Source: Candidatus Latescibacterota bacterium
GTDB taxonomy: Bacteria; Latescibacterota; UBA2968
Direction: 5' to 3'
DNA: 64,000 nt
Assembly (NCBI GenBank): GCA_965205975.1
Contig: OZ242195.1
Span: 5,056,001 to 5,120,000, forward strand
The notes under the pieces: generated by a model
Told to the model about the DNA's origin: nothing
Databases searched by the model: none
The model's input: the letters and a program-made list of their open reading frames with translations, nothing else
In this document: positions 19,561 through 29,722 of the stretch, piece by piece
How the letters are laid out: the number at the start of each line of letters is the position of its first letter
Position numbering within the stretch: the first letter of the stretch is position 1
Made by a program: the position numbers and the translations under genes

Positions 19561-21195
19561 ATGGATGTGAAGAATTTACTGAATAGAAGCACTTCAGCAC
19601 ATGTTTGGAAAACAGGTATGCCATTTATCTGGTTGACCGGCAGCGCGCTGGCGCTTTGTTTGCTCATGATTACAGGGCTGGTCGCGCTGGTTATGTACAA
19701 TGGCACTGGATTTTTTTGGCCCTCGGATATCGAAGCTGTAATACTCAAAGATGGTCGGAAAGCAATGGGGCAGCGGTGGGATAAGCAGGAGATTCCGGCG
19801 TCGAATCGGACGGGATCCGGACAATTTCGCATTCAGCTCAAAGTGGGCAATCGCGATGTGTATGGCAGCGATTTTCAATGGATAGATGAATCGGATATTC
19901 AATCGAGGGATTATCTCAAAGAGGCGGTGGTTTTTGAGCGGCGCGAGTGGGGCAATTTTTACGGGTTTATCGAAGCTCTGTACGAAGGTGAAACCCAGGT
20001 GTCGAATACATGGGATGTGCTGCAAGCACAATTGGATAATACCCGGGAGCGACACGAACAGATTCGGCAAATTGAAGAAGATGCGATTGGCGACTTAAAT
20101 CGGCAAATTGAAAGCCTGCGACTAAAAAAACGCGAGATAGAATTGGGTGATGGAGATACCGATGAGATTGACGCGATTGATCGAGAAAGCAGATCCTATT
20201 GGGAAGCTTATGAACGATTGGCCGACCAGTTGGCGCAGTTGCGAGCAGCCAACGAGGTTTACCGCATAGATGTGCGGTTAATTGGCGGTGAGGTGCGGCA
20301 GATTGCCACGGCCGATGTCGTGCGTGCCTATCGTCCCAACCGACTGGGGATTTTGGGAAAAACGAGCGTTTATTTTTCGCGCGTAGGGGAATTTTTATTT
20401 CATGAACCCCGTGAGTCCAATACAGAAGGCGGGGTATTTCCCGCGATCTTTGGCACTGTTATGATGGTTTTTTTAATGAGTTTGGCGGCTGTGCCATTTG
20501 GCATATTAGCTGCGCTCTATTTGCGCGAATACGCCAGTCAAGGTATTTTAGTTAGAGTGATTCGCATTGCGGTTAATAATCTGGCGGGTGTACCTTCTAT
20601 TGTTTTTGGGATGTTTGGCCTGGGATTTTTTGTTTATGGTATTGGCGGAAGTATCGATCAGTTCTTTTTTCCCGAGGCGTTGCCCACGCCCACATTTGGT
20701 ACTGGCGGCATTTTGTGGGCTTCGTTGACCCTGGCATTGCTAACGGTGCCAGTGATGATTGTTTCAGCCGAAGAGGCGCTTTCTGCCGTGCCGAGCGATG
20801 TGCGTGCCGGGTCGCTGGCACTCGGGGCGACCAAATTGCAGACCATTTTGCGCGTGGTTTTGCCCGGCGCGTTGCCGGGTATTCTCACGGGTATTATTCT
20901 CGTGATTGCCCGCGGTGCTGGCGAAGTGGCTCCGCTGATGATTACTGGCGTTGTGAAATTGGCTCCTGCATTGCCCGTGGATGGTATCTGGCCCTTTTTT
21001 CATCTGGAACGCAAGTTTATGCATCTGGGATTTCACATTTACGATGTGGGTTTCCAGTCGCCCAATGTCGAGGCAGCTCGCCCCATGGTATATACGACGA
21101 CTTTATTGCTGATGGGGATTGTACTGGCTCTGAATCTGGTGGCGATTCTGGTTCGCAATCGGCTTCGCAAGCGCGTTGGTGGTGCGACGTTTTAA
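19561..21195 (+). CDS. pstA: Phosphate ABC transporter permease PstA
   Basis: NLAGVPSIVFG, SLALGATK and ARGAGEVAPL motifs. Confidence 0.93.
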   Translation: MDVKNLLNRSTSAHVWKTGMPFIWLTGSALALCLLMITGLVALVMYNGTGFFWPSDIEAVILKDGRKAMGQRWDKQEIPASNRTGSGQFRIQLKVGNRDVYGSDFQWIDESDIQSRDYLKEAVVFERREWGNFYGFIEALYEGETQVSNTWDVLQAQLDNTRERHEQIRQIEEDAIGDLNRQIESLRLKKREIELGDGDTDEIDAIDRESRSYWEAYERLADQLAQLRAANEVYRIDVRLIGGEVRQIATADVVRAYRPNRLGILGKTSVYFSRVGEFLFHEPRESNTEGGVFPAIFGTVMMVFLMSLAAVPFGILAALYLREYASQGILVRVIRIAVNNLAGVPSIVFGMFGLGFFVYGIGGSIDQFFFPEALPTPTFGTGGILWASLTLALLTVPVMIVSAEEALSAVPSDVRAGSLALGATKLQTILRVVLPGALPGILTGIILVIARGAGEVAPLMITGVVKLAPALPVDGIWPFFHLERKFMHLGFHIYDVGFQSPNVEAARPMVYTTTLLLMGIVLALNLVAILVRNRLRKRVGGATF

Positions 21196-21218
21196 ATAGG
21201 TGAGAGAAAGGAATCACG

Positions 21219-22031
21219 ATGGCTGAAGCAGAACTTGTAAATACAGGGTCCGACGAAGCAATTGTTCCAGATATTCAGAATCCCATTGTCACCATATCGA
21301 ATCTGAGTCTGTATTACGGCGAGACGCAGGCCCTTTTTGACATTGACATGCAGATTCCCGAGTATCGGGTAACGGCTTTGATCGGTCCTTCGGGATGCGG
21401 GAAGTCAACGCTGTTGCGGTGCCTGAATAGGCTGAACGATTTGATCGATTCGGTGCATATCGAGGGTGTGGTTGAAATTGATAATGACGACATTTACGGT
21501 CCCGGGTACGATGTGATTTCGTTGCGCCGCCAGGTCGGTATGGTGTTTCAAAAGTCCAATCCCTTTCCCAAGTCGATTTATGAGAATCTCGTTTACGGTT
21601 TGAGAATTGCAGGTGAAAATCGGCGGACGGTACTCGATGAGGTGGTGGAACGCAGTTTGCAGGCTGCCGCGCTTTGGGATGAAGTAAAAGACCGGCTCGA
21701 TGACAGTGCTCTGGGTCTTTCAGGAGGCCAGCAGCAGAGGTTGTGCATTGCGCGTGCAATTGCTGTTGAGCCTGCGGTAATCTTGATGGATGAACCCTGT
21801 TCGGCACTGGATCCAATTGCGACAGGGCGTATTGAAGAGACAATAGAAGGCCTCAAAAAGCAATATACGATTGTGATTGTAACACACAATATGCAGCAGG
21901 CGTCGCGCATTTCGGATTATACGGCGTTTTTCTATTTGGGGCGTTTGATTGAGATGGCCGAAACGAGTGAGATGTTTACCAATCCGCAGCTCAAACAAAC
22001 CGAAGATTATGTGACGGGGCGGTTTGGCTAA
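21219..22031 (+). CDS. pstB: Phosphate ABC transporter ATPase
   Basis: [32 protein letters not shown]; ends TGRFG. Confidence 0.97.
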   Translation: MAEAELVNTGSDEAIVPDIQNPIVTISNLSLYYGETQALFDIDMQIPEYRVTALIGPSGCGKSTLLRCLNRLNDLIDSVHIEGVVEIDNDDIYGPGYDVISLRRQVGMVFQKSNPFPKSIYENLVYGLRIAGENRRTVLDEVVERSLQAAALWDEVKDRLDDSALGLSGGQQQRLCIARAIAVEPAVILMDEPCSALDPIATGRIEETIEGLKKQYTIVIVTHNMQQASRISDYTAFFYLGRLIEMAETSEMFTNPQLKQTEDYVTGRFG

Positions 22032-22042
22032 GCAGAGGAGTA

Positions 22043-22729
22043 ATGATTATGGAGCGTACTCTCGATCAGCATCTCGACCACCTCAAAGGTGAGTTATTGA
22101 AGATGGGCAGTGCGGTGGAAGAGTCGATTGAACAGGCAGTACAGTCACTTGTAGAACGCGACAATCACCTCGCCGATGTGGTTGAAGAAGGTGGGCATGA
22201 CATTGACGATTGGGAAGTGGCGATAGAAGAAGAGTGTTTGAAGTTGCTGGCTGTGCAGCAACCCGTGGCTGGCGATTTGCGCCTGGTGGCGGGGATTATG
22301 AAGATCAATTACGATCTCGAGCGCATCAATGATCAGGCGGTGAATATCGCGCAGCGCGCTCGTTTGCTCAATCAGATGCCGCAATTGAAACCGCTGATCG
22401 ATATTCCGCGAATGGCCGTGTTAGCACGGGGTATGGTCAGAGATGCACTGGATGCTTTTGTCAATCGCGACGTGGAATTGGCCAATAAGGTGCGTAAAAT
22501 TGACGATACAATGGATGCGTTGCGCGATCAAATTTTCCGCGAGTTGTTGACGTACTTAAACACAGGTATGTCCTCGACTGTAGATCAGGCAATTTTGCTC
22601 ATTCTCGTGTCCCGGCATTTGGAGCGCATTGGCGATCATTCATCCAATATTGCCGAAAATGTCGTCTATCTCGTTCAGGGGCGCATTGTGAGACATCAAC
22701 AGGAAGAATTGCGCGCGGGAGAAGAGTAA
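22043..22729 (+). CDS. phoU: Phosphate signalling protein PhoU
   Basis: QPVAGDLR, DLERINDQA and LERIGDH motifs. Confidence 0.95.
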   Translation: MIMERTLDQHLDHLKGELLKMGSAVEESIEQAVQSLVERDNHLADVVEEGGHDIDDWEVAIEEECLKLLAVQQPVAGDLRLVAGIMKINYDLERINDQAVNIAQRARLLNQMPQLKPLIDIPRMAVLARGMVRDALDAFVNRDVELANKVRKIDDTMDALRDQIFRELLTYLNTGMSSTVDQAILLILVSRHLERIGDHSSNIAENVVYLVQGRIVRHQQEELRAGEE

Positions 22730-22743
22730 TTCCCAACGTATCT

Positions 22744-22813
22744 TTATCGCGAACAATTAACGGCTTTGTCGCATAAACGACACGCGATTGTAACACGGCA
22801 ATGATATTATACT
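22744..22813 (+). promoter_or_regulatory. Putative Pho-box promoter downstream of phoU
   Basis: 11-bp-phased ATCGC/TTAAC/GTCGC/GACAC/GTAAC (22746-22794) followed by TATACT at 22808. Confidence 0.5.
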
Positions 22814-22819
22814 CCAAGC

Positions 22820-22873
22820 ACGACGTATTCTCCCTCTTGGGAACCGGCCCGCGACCCGGTTCCCATTTTTTTT
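22820..22873 (+). ncRNA. Candidate ~50-nt small RNA with a CU-rich seed and intrinsic terminator
   Basis: Promoter above; unpaired ATTCTCCCTCTT; GGGAACCGG/CCGGTTCCC hairpin plus T-run. Confidence 0.4.
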
Positions 22874-22900
22874 GCCCCGAATTTGAGTTCGGGGCTTTTT
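22839..22900 (+). terminator. Two tandem intrinsic terminators
   Basis: GGGAACCGG..CCGGTTCCC-A-T8 and GCCCCGAA..TTCGGGGC-T5. Confidence 0.8.
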
Positions 22901-22902
22901 CG

Positions 22903-22957
22903 TTGACCCAAAACACATCCCTATGTATTTTACTCTTTAGATATATTATTATCTAAA
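22903..22957 (+). promoter_or_regulatory. Sigma-70-like promoter with a downstream palindromic operator
   Basis: TTGACC-N17-TATTTT, then TTTAGATA-N6-TATCTAAA over the expected start site. Confidence 0.5.
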
Positions 22958-22979
22958 TATTAATAAAAAATTAAGGTGG

Positions 22980-23528
22980 TTGATCTCCTTGCCCAATTGC
23001 ATAAAATCCGAAGCCCGGTTTTGCGAGCGCTGTGGGACTTTGCTGGTTGTAAAAGCAGTTGAAGATCGGGAGAGGCCTTGTTGTCCGGCGTGTGGATTTG
23101 TGGTTTATCTCGACCCCAAGGTCGCGGCCGGAGTTATTGTCACTCTCGATGGTGGCGTTGTCTTGCTCAAGCGCAATATTGAACCCGGGTTTGGCAAGTG
23201 GGTGTTCCCTGGCGGATATGTGGATGCGGGCGAGCCAACCGATGTCGCGGCGGTACGCGAGACCCGCGAGGAAGTGGGGTTAGAGGTTGAGATCGGCGAG
23301 TTGCTCGGCGTGTTGTCTTATGAAGGGGAACGGGTGGTGCTGATTGTTTATACTGGACGGGTTGTGGGCGGAAAGTTGGAAGGCAATTTTGAATCGCAGG
23401 CTGTAGCTACATTTGCTCCTCGGGATATTCCCTGGAATGATCTGGCTTTTGATACGACCAGAGAGGCATTGCAAATTTGGGTGGCACAGTATGGCGAAAT
23501 GTACGCAAAAGAAAGGTTATTATGCTGA
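22980..23528 (+). CDS. NUDIX hydrolase with an N-terminal zinc ribbon
   Basis: CERCG...CPACG; Nudix box GGYVDAGEPTDVAAVRETREEVG. Confidence 0.88.
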   Translation: MISLPNCIKSEARFCERCGTLLVVKAVEDRERPCCPACGFVVYLDPKVAAGVIVTLDGGVVLLKRNIEPGFGKWVFPGGYVDAGEPTDVAAVRETREEVGLEVEIGELLGVLSYEGERVVLIVYTGRVVGGKLEGNFESQAVATFAPRDIPWNDLAFDTTREALQIWVAQYGEMYAKERLLC

Positions 23529-24433
23529 ATTCTATTGAAGATGTTGAAGAGCGGTTTGCCGAGCAGGGGTATATCACGGACCGCACATTGGCAACGACGA
23601 TTTTTTTGGCGCAGTCGCTTGGCAAACCGATTTTTCTGGAAGGGGAACCAGGCGTTGGAAAGACAGAAGTGGCCAAAGTTATGGCCAGTATTTTTAATAC
23701 CGAGTTGATTCGATTGCAGTGCTATGAAGGCATTGATGCCAATACGGCATTGTACGAGTGGAACTATCCGCGCCAGATGCTGGAGCTAAGGCTCGAAGAG
23801 GCGCGAGGCATCGACAAGGCCGAAATTGGTCAAAATATTTTCCGCGAAGATTTTTTGCTCAAGCGTCCCCTTTTGTCGGCTCTTGAGGGCAGCGTAGAAA
23901 AGCAACAGGTGTTGTTGATCGATGAGGTGGATCGGTCGGATGAAGAGTTTGAAGCGTTTTTGCTGGAGGTGTTGTCCGATTTCCAGATTACGATTCCCGA
24001 GATTGGTGCGATAAAAGCGATGCAAGTGCCGTTTGTCGTACTTACGTCCAACCGAACGCGCGAGTTGCACGATGCACTGAAGCGTCGGTGTTTGTATTTG
24101 TGGATTGACTATCCCACGTTTACCAAAGAAATGGATATTGTGCGGTCGCGTGTGTCGGGTGTGCAGGGCGAATTGGCACAACAGGTTTGCGGGTTTATGC
24201 AACTGTTGCGCAATCGCGATTTTTACAAAAAGCCCGGCGTTGCCGAAACGATTGATTGGGCACTGGCTTTGATGGCTATGCAAGTTGAAGAACTGGATCC
24301 TCAGATAGTTGATGCGACGTTGGGATGTGTTTTGAAGTATAAAGAAGATATTGAAAAAATTCAGGAAGACGGCCTGCCACAACTGATTGAGAAGGCTCGA
24401 TTGTTAAAAGAACGCGCGCAAGTTGCTGTTTAG
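23522..24433 (+). CDS. MoxR-family AAA+ ATPase (CoxD-like)
   Basis: EGEPGVGKT, RLQCYEG, LLIDEVD and DALKRRC motifs. Confidence 0.9.
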   Translation: MLNSIEDVEERFAEQGYITDRTLATTIFLAQSLGKPIFLEGEPGVGKTEVAKVMASIFNTELIRLQCYEGIDANTALYEWNYPRQMLELRLEEARGIDKAEIGQNIFREDFLLKRPLLSALEGSVEKQQVLLIDEVDRSDEEFEAFLLEVLSDFQITIPEIGAIKAMQVPFVVLTSNRTRELHDALKRRCLYLWIDYPTFTKEMDIVRSRVSGVQGELAQQVCGFMQLLRNRDFYKKPGVAETIDWALALMAMQVEELDPQIVDATLGCVLKYKEDIEKIQEDGLPQLIEKARLLKERAQVAV

Positions 24434-24441
24434 GAGATCAC

Positions 24442-25578
24442 ATGCCAAGAACCATGTTGGGACGAGTTGTCGGTTTTTCGAGGGCTTTGCACAGTGCAGG
24501 CGTTGAAGTCAATGCGGGCAATCTCATCGATTTGTGCGATAGTTTTCAATATATCAGTCTGCACAATCGAAGCGATTTTTATGCTGCTGCGCGGGCAACA
24601 CTGGTGTCGCGCTATGACGATCTGGAGACTTTTGACGAGGTTTTCAGGGCTTTCTGGGCGCGGCCGATTTTGCCCGACGATATGACGCTGACCGATACTG
24701 ATGCCGGCGGAGATCCGGATCTCGATGTTCAGGCAGATGTCAATGAGGTAGTGGATACCGCAGATTTGCAGGAAGAGGCCGAAGGGGAGGGCGAGTCCGA
24801 GGAGGTTGGGTATAGTCCCGATGAGGCGTTGATGGGAAAAGATCTGGCGGCAATGTCCGATCGCGAGATTGAGCAGGCTCGAAAGGTGATCCACGAAATT
24901 GTGAATATCATTGCCAATCGCCGCAGTCGCAGGCGCGTGCCGGAGAATCGGGGGGCTGAACTGGATTTCAGGCGTACATGGCGGCGCAATGCGCTGTATG
25001 GTTCTGATGGTGTGGAATTGATGATGAAGCGGCGGCGCATCAAAAAGACCAAGCTGATGTTGTTGTGTGATGTGAGCGGATCTATGGATTGTTATAGCCG
25101 CTTTCTAATCCGCTTTATCTACGCGCTCAAGCGCGAAATCCGAGATGTGGAGGTCGGGGTGTTTTCCACGCGGATGACCGCAATTTCGCGACTGCTCAAA
25201 ACAAAAGGCATTGAAGAATCACTTGTAGAAGTGGCTGATACAGTACACGACTGGGCGGGTGGAACAGATATTGGCGGGTGTTTGCGCGAGTTTAACGACC
25301 AGTTTGCGCGCGATATGCTGCACTCGCGCACTGTGATGATTATTGTGAGCGATGGCTGGGATCGGGGCGATCCCGATTTGATGCGACAAGAGATGGCGCG
25401 TTTGCGAAAGCGCGTGCATAAATTGATGTGGCTCAATCCGCTTTTGGGCACGCCGGGATATCAGCCCCTGTGTTTGGGGATGAAGACAGCACTTCCCTAT
25501 TTGGATTATTTTTTACCCGCACACAATCTGGAGAGTTTGATTCAATTGGCCCGAACACTGCGGTCCGTTTGGAAGTAG
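24442..25578 (+). CDS. VWA-domain protein (CoxE-like)
   Basis: DVSGSM MIDAS, WAGGTDIG, SDGWDRG and WLNPL motifs. Confidence 0.9.
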   Translation: MPRTMLGRVVGFSRALHSAGVEVNAGNLIDLCDSFQYISLHNRSDFYAAARATLVSRYDDLETFDEVFRAFWARPILPDDMTLTDTDAGGDPDLDVQADVNEVVDTADLQEEAEGEGESEEVGYSPDEALMGKDLAAMSDREIEQARKVIHEIVNIIANRRSRRRVPENRGAELDFRRTWRRNALYGSDGVELMMKRRRIKKTKLMLLCDVSGSMDCYSRFLIRFIYALKREIRDVEVGVFSTRMTAISRLLKTKGIEESLVEVADTVHDWAGGTDIGGCLREFNDQFARDMLHSRTVMIIVSDGWDRGDPDLMRQEMARLRKRVHKLMWLNPLLGTPGYQPLCLGMKTALPYLDYFLPAHNLESLIQLARTLRSVWK

Positions 25579-25587
25579 GGGGATGTT

Positions 25588-26679
25588 ATGGCTGGTCAAG
25601 ATGTTTTTCAAGAGGCGTTGGCTCTGGTTTTACAGGGCGAAAAAGCCGCCTTATCGACAATTGTGTCGAGCAAGGGGTCTTTGCCGATGAGTAAAAAGGC
25701 CAAGATGCTCGTGCGTCCCGATGGCAAAATTATAGGTACGGTGGGCGGCGGATGTTTGGAAGCCGATGTGTGGGCCGAAGCCCGTCATGTGATGGAAACC
25801 GAAGCACCGACTTTGCAGAAGTTTATTTTGACGGAGAAACACGCGGGCGAAAATGGCCTCAATTGCGGCGGCAATGTCGAGATTTTTACCGAGCCTCTGT
25901 TGCCCGGTCGCGCAGATGATATGCTCGGCGATATTGCTCGGGTTCGCAAAGTGCGCGGTTCGGCCGTGTTGGCAACGCTGGTTTCGGGCGGCGATCAGGT
26001 GGGCGCGAAGTTATTGGTACATCCCGATGGCAGGACGGTGGGGAGCCTGGGCCATGACCTTGCCGAAGCATGTGTGAGGGAAGAGGTGGTGGCTTTTAAG
26101 GCGATTCCAGAGAGTTTGCTCAAAGTTATAAAGATCGGCTCGGAACCCGTTGTGGTCTTTTTGGAATCTATTTGTCCCGAGCCCACGCTGTTTTTGTTTG
26201 GTGGGGGGCATGTGTCCTTTGCCATCGCGCAGATCGCGCATTCGGTTGGGTTTCGGATTGTGGTTATTGACGACCGGCCTATGTTTGCCAACAAAGAGCG
26301 GTTTCCCATGGCGAGTGAAACGCTGACGCTGGAGATGGAGACGGCTTTTGATCATATAGTTATTGATGATTTGTCTTATGTGGTGGCTGTGACGCGCGGG
26401 CATCAGCACGACAAACCGATCATTGAGCAGGCGATTAATACCCAGGCGGCGTATGTCGGTATGATTGGCAGCCGTCGCAAGATCGCGCTGATGTGGAAAG
26501 AGTTTGAAGCCAAAGGTATTCTGAGAGAAAAATTGGATGCGGTTCACGCGCCGATTGGATTGGATATCGGTGCAGATACACCCGAAGAAATTGCCGTGAG
26601 TATTGTGTCAGAACTTATTCAGGTGCGCCGATCACAGGGAAAGCCCATTCATCAGGGTATGTCGCTGTCATCGGTGTGA
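25588..26679 (+). CDS. XdhC/CoxF-family molybdoenzyme maturation factor
   Basis: GTVGGGCLE, CGG, FGGGHV and HAPIGLDIGADTPEEIAVSI motifs. Confidence 0.9.
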   Translation: MAGQDVFQEALALVLQGEKAALSTIVSSKGSLPMSKKAKMLVRPDGKIIGTVGGGCLEADVWAEARHVMETEAPTLQKFILTEKHAGENGLNCGGNVEIFTEPLLPGRADDMLGDIARVRKVRGSAVLATLVSGGDQVGAKLLVHPDGRTVGSLGHDLAEACVREEVVAFKAIPESLLKVIKIGSEPVVVFLESICPEPTLFLFGGGHVSFAIAQIAHSVGFRIVVIDDRPMFANKERFPMASETLTLEMETAFDHIVIDDLSYVVAVTRGHQHDKPIIEQAINTQAAYVGMIGSRRKIALMWKEFEAKGILREKLDAVHAPIGLDIGADTPEEIAVSIVSELIQVRRSQGKPIHQGMSLSSV

Positions 26680-26818
26680 GGTAAATGACTTATTGTCGGG
26701 GGAGAACAAGGAGGTGACGCAAGCGACATAGTTGTAAACGATTTACGTGAGGAAGGATGAATGAGAGGCGCGTGTCTTTAAGTCTGGTTTTCGAAATTAT
26801 TTCTGAAGGGAGTTAACC

Positions 26819-29707
26819 ATGACAAGATGGATAATCGCACTTGTTGCGATGTCGTTTTTATCCGCATCGGCGATGGCCGGGGTGACGGGTAAAATTGCGG
26901 GTCAGATTGTTGACAAAGATGACGGTGGCGGATTGCCCGGTGCCAATGTGGTGGTTCTAGGGCTGCACAGTGTCTTTGGTGCGACATCAGATCCCGAAGG
27001 CAATTTTGTGATTTTGAATGTGCCGGCAGGCACTTATGACGTAAAATGCAGCTTTATCGGATATCGTGACGTGGTGCTTAAGGGCATCAAGGTGTTGCCC
27101 GATTTGACCACCGAAGTAGATTTTGTACTTACAGAACAAGTTCTGGAAGCCGAAGCTATCGAAGTGGTGGCGGAGCGCCCGCTGGTACAGAAAGACAAGA
27201 CCAGTTCAATGCGCCTCGTAACCAGCGAAGAACTCGAATATATGCCGGTTCGCGGGTATGCAGCGGCTACATCCTTGCAGGCGGGTGTGACGAGTCGGAA
27301 CGGCACACTTTATATACGCGGTGGGCGGTTTTCAGAAGTCGATTACATTGTTGATGGCGTGTCGCAGAAGGATTTGCAATTTGGCTCATCAACCACGACG
27401 CTGAGCAATGGTGCTATAGATCAGGTATCTGTGATTGTGGGTGGGTTTGAAGCGGAGTACGGGCGCGTGATGTCGGGCGTTGTCAAGGTGGTGACGCGCG
27501 AAGGCGGGCAGAACTATTCGGGGTCTGTGGAACATATCACCGATGAAATGAATGACCGCAGTTGGGCTGGTGCGCCCTCTTATGGGTATAACACTACCGA
27601 TGCGACATTTGGTGGTCCACTCATTCCCGGGACGAACGGGCCTTCGTTTTTTGTTTCTGGGGAACGCATTGATCGCCTTGACCGCAGCCCGCGCTGGGGG
27701 GTGGAAGTCCACGAGTGGGAAAAAGACCTGTTGTCACAGGAAGATTACGATTTGCTCAGCGAGGGCATCTTGCCGCATTATACGCTCGAGAGATGGGGCT
27801 GGCAGGGCAAGCTGTCGTATCGGTTGTCCGACGAAATCGGTTTGAAAGCCGGAATTGTAGGCTCAAAAACGGATCGTTTGAGCTATAGTCACACCTATCG
27901 CTATAATTTGCGACATGCGCCGCGTGTAAAAAGAGATAACTATTCGGCATTTGCCCGCGTGACCTATACGCTCGGTGCAAAGACCTTCTTCACCTTGCAA
28001 ACAAGCATGTTCGACCAGAATTTCAAGGGGGGTGATGGGGTTCATTTCGACAATTTGCACGACTATGCCCGTCCCCAGGGCAATCCGCGTTATGATGCGG
28101 AAAGTTTGTTTGCACGCGGCGATGTGGATTCCACCGAGATTATGCGGACAACGGAAACCATCAATGATCTCTCTATAACGTATTTTGAAGGCGATGAGGG
28201 GCGCATATATAATAGCTTTGAGCAAAGTAGTTCATTTTATCTTACGCCTATCGACTTTGATTTGACCAGCCAGATTAGCCGCAATCACCAGTTTAAGCTC
28301 GGTTTTGACGTGCAGATGCATCGGTTGCGTTATTATCGTCATCTGGTCCCCAGTTTGATCTTTCGCGGTCCATTTGTCAGCCCAGACGACAGGGGTGGCT
28401 TTCAGGATGTGAATCGCTATGGGTATGATTACGATTGGAATAAGCAGGTAATTGTGCCTCTGGACACGGCCCGCGACGCGCTAAAAGAGCCTATTTTGGC
28501 CTCTTTTTACGTGCAAGACAAGATGGAATACGACGGATTGATTATCAATGCGGGCATTCGGTACGATTATTTGAATGCGAGTACCGATGTGCTGGCCAAT
28601 GAAGCCGTGCCACTGGGTGGCGATTCCACGCTGGATCCGTCGGATCTGGCGGGCAACAGCGTGTATCACAAAATTAGCCCGCGCCTGGGGGTTGGGTTTC
28701 CCGTTACAGACAAGACCGTATTTCACATGAACTACGGTATTTTTTACCAGCAACCCAAGCTGGAAGACCTGTATGTTGGTCTGGATTATCTGGAATACAA
28801 AGCGCCTTTGGGGGGTTATTATTTCGCCTTTGGCAATCCGAATCTCAAACCGGAAAAAACCACGGCTTATGAAGTGGGTGTGGTACAGCAGGTGGGCGGT
28901 CATGCCAGCGTCGATGTCACTGCTTATTACAAAGCTGTGGAAAACCTCGTCCAGGTGACGACAATTCCGTCTGATCCCGCAGCCTTTGCCTCGTTCCGCA
29001 ACACCGACTACGGAACCATCAAGGGGCTGGACTTTGGTTTGTTGATGCGTCGTATAGGGCGCACGACAGCACGTCTGTCTTATTCTCTATCTTATGCGAC
29101 GGGCACGGGATCATCGCCACAAACCCAGCGGCGGATCGCCTGGACATTCCAACCCGGCGTGACCGAGCCGCCCAAAACGACTTCACCGCTCGACTTTGAT
29201 CAACGCCACAAAATTTCGGCATCTATCGACTATCGCTTTGTAGATAAAGATGGCCCGAGGTTCCTGGGTGGTCAGCCGCTGTCTAATGCTGGGATCAATG
29301 TGTTGTTCACTGCCGGGAGTGGGTTCCCCTATACCCCCACGTTTACGTATAATGAAGTGACTACAGGGGCTTCTTCGTCGCGTCCTTCGGGACCGGTGAA
29401 TTCCAGCTATGGTCCCTGGACGTTCAGGACCGATTTAAAGGCGAATAAGCGTTTCAAAATTGTAGGACTTCAGGGCGACATATACGTCTGGGTGCTCAAT
29501 TTGTTCAACCGCGCCAATGCAACCAGTCCCGTGTATTCGAGCACGGGCAGCCCAATGACTTCGGGCTGGTTGAATACAGGCGAAGGCCGCAAATTTGTGG
29601 AGCGCTTTGGTCAACTGGGTGAAGACAAATACAAGCTCAAAGAGAACAGCCCATTCAACTTTGGCACGCCGCGGCAGGTTCGCTTCGGACTCGCGCTCAG
29701 CTTCTAA
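26819..29707 (+). CDS. TonB-dependent receptor with an N-terminal carboxypeptidase-regulatory-like domain
   Basis: Signal peptide, GKIAGQIVD..LPGANV, plug IRGGR..YIVDG, GNPNLKPEKT; ends PRQVRFGLALSF. Confidence 0.9.
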   Translation: MTRWIIALVAMSFLSASAMAGVTGKIAGQIVDKDDGGGLPGANVVVLGLHSVFGATSDPEGNFVILNVPAGTYDVKCSFIGYRDVVLKGIKVLPDLTTEVDFVLTEQVLEAEAIEVVAERPLVQKDKTSSMRLVTSEELEYMPVRGYAAATSLQAGVTSRNGTLYIRGGRFSEVDYIVDGVSQKDLQFGSSTTTLSNGAIDQVSVIVGGFEAEYGRVMSGVVKVVTREGGQNYSGSVEHITDEMNDRSWAGAPSYGYNTTDATFGGPLIPGTNGPSFFVSGERIDRLDRSPRWGVEVHEWEKDLLSQEDYDLLSEGILPHYTLERWGWQGKLSYRLSDEIGLKAGIVGSKTDRLSYSHTYRYNLRHAPRVKRDNYSAFARVTYTLGAKTFFTLQTSMFDQNFKGGDGVHFDNLHDYARPQGNPRYDAESLFARGDVDSTEIMRTTETINDLSITYFEGDEGRIYNSFEQSSSFYLTPIDFDLTSQISRNHQFKLGFDVQMHRLRYYRHLVPSLIFRGPFVSPDDRGGFQDVNRYGYDYDWNKQVIVPLDTARDALKEPILASFYVQDKMEYDGLIINAGIRYDYLNASTDVLANEAVPLGGDSTLDPSDLAGNSVYHKISPRLGVGFPVTDKTVFHMNYGIFYQQPKLEDLYVGLDYLEYKAPLGGYYFAFGNPNLKPEKTTAYEVGVVQQVGGHASVDVTAYYKAVENLVQVTTIPSDPAAFASFRNTDYGTIKGLDFGLLMRRIGRTTARLSYSLSYATGTGSSPQTQRRIAWTFQPGVTEPPKTTSPLDFDQRHKISASIDYRFVDKDGPRFLGGQPLSNAGINVLFTAGSGFPYTPTFTYNEVTTGASSSRPSGPVNSSYGPWTFRTDLKANKRFKIVGLQGDIYVWVLNLFNRANATSPVYSSTGSPMTSGWLNTGEGRKFVERFGQLGEDKYKLKENSPFNFGTPRQVRFGLALSF

Positions 29708-29722
29708 ATGGGAGATCAGGAC

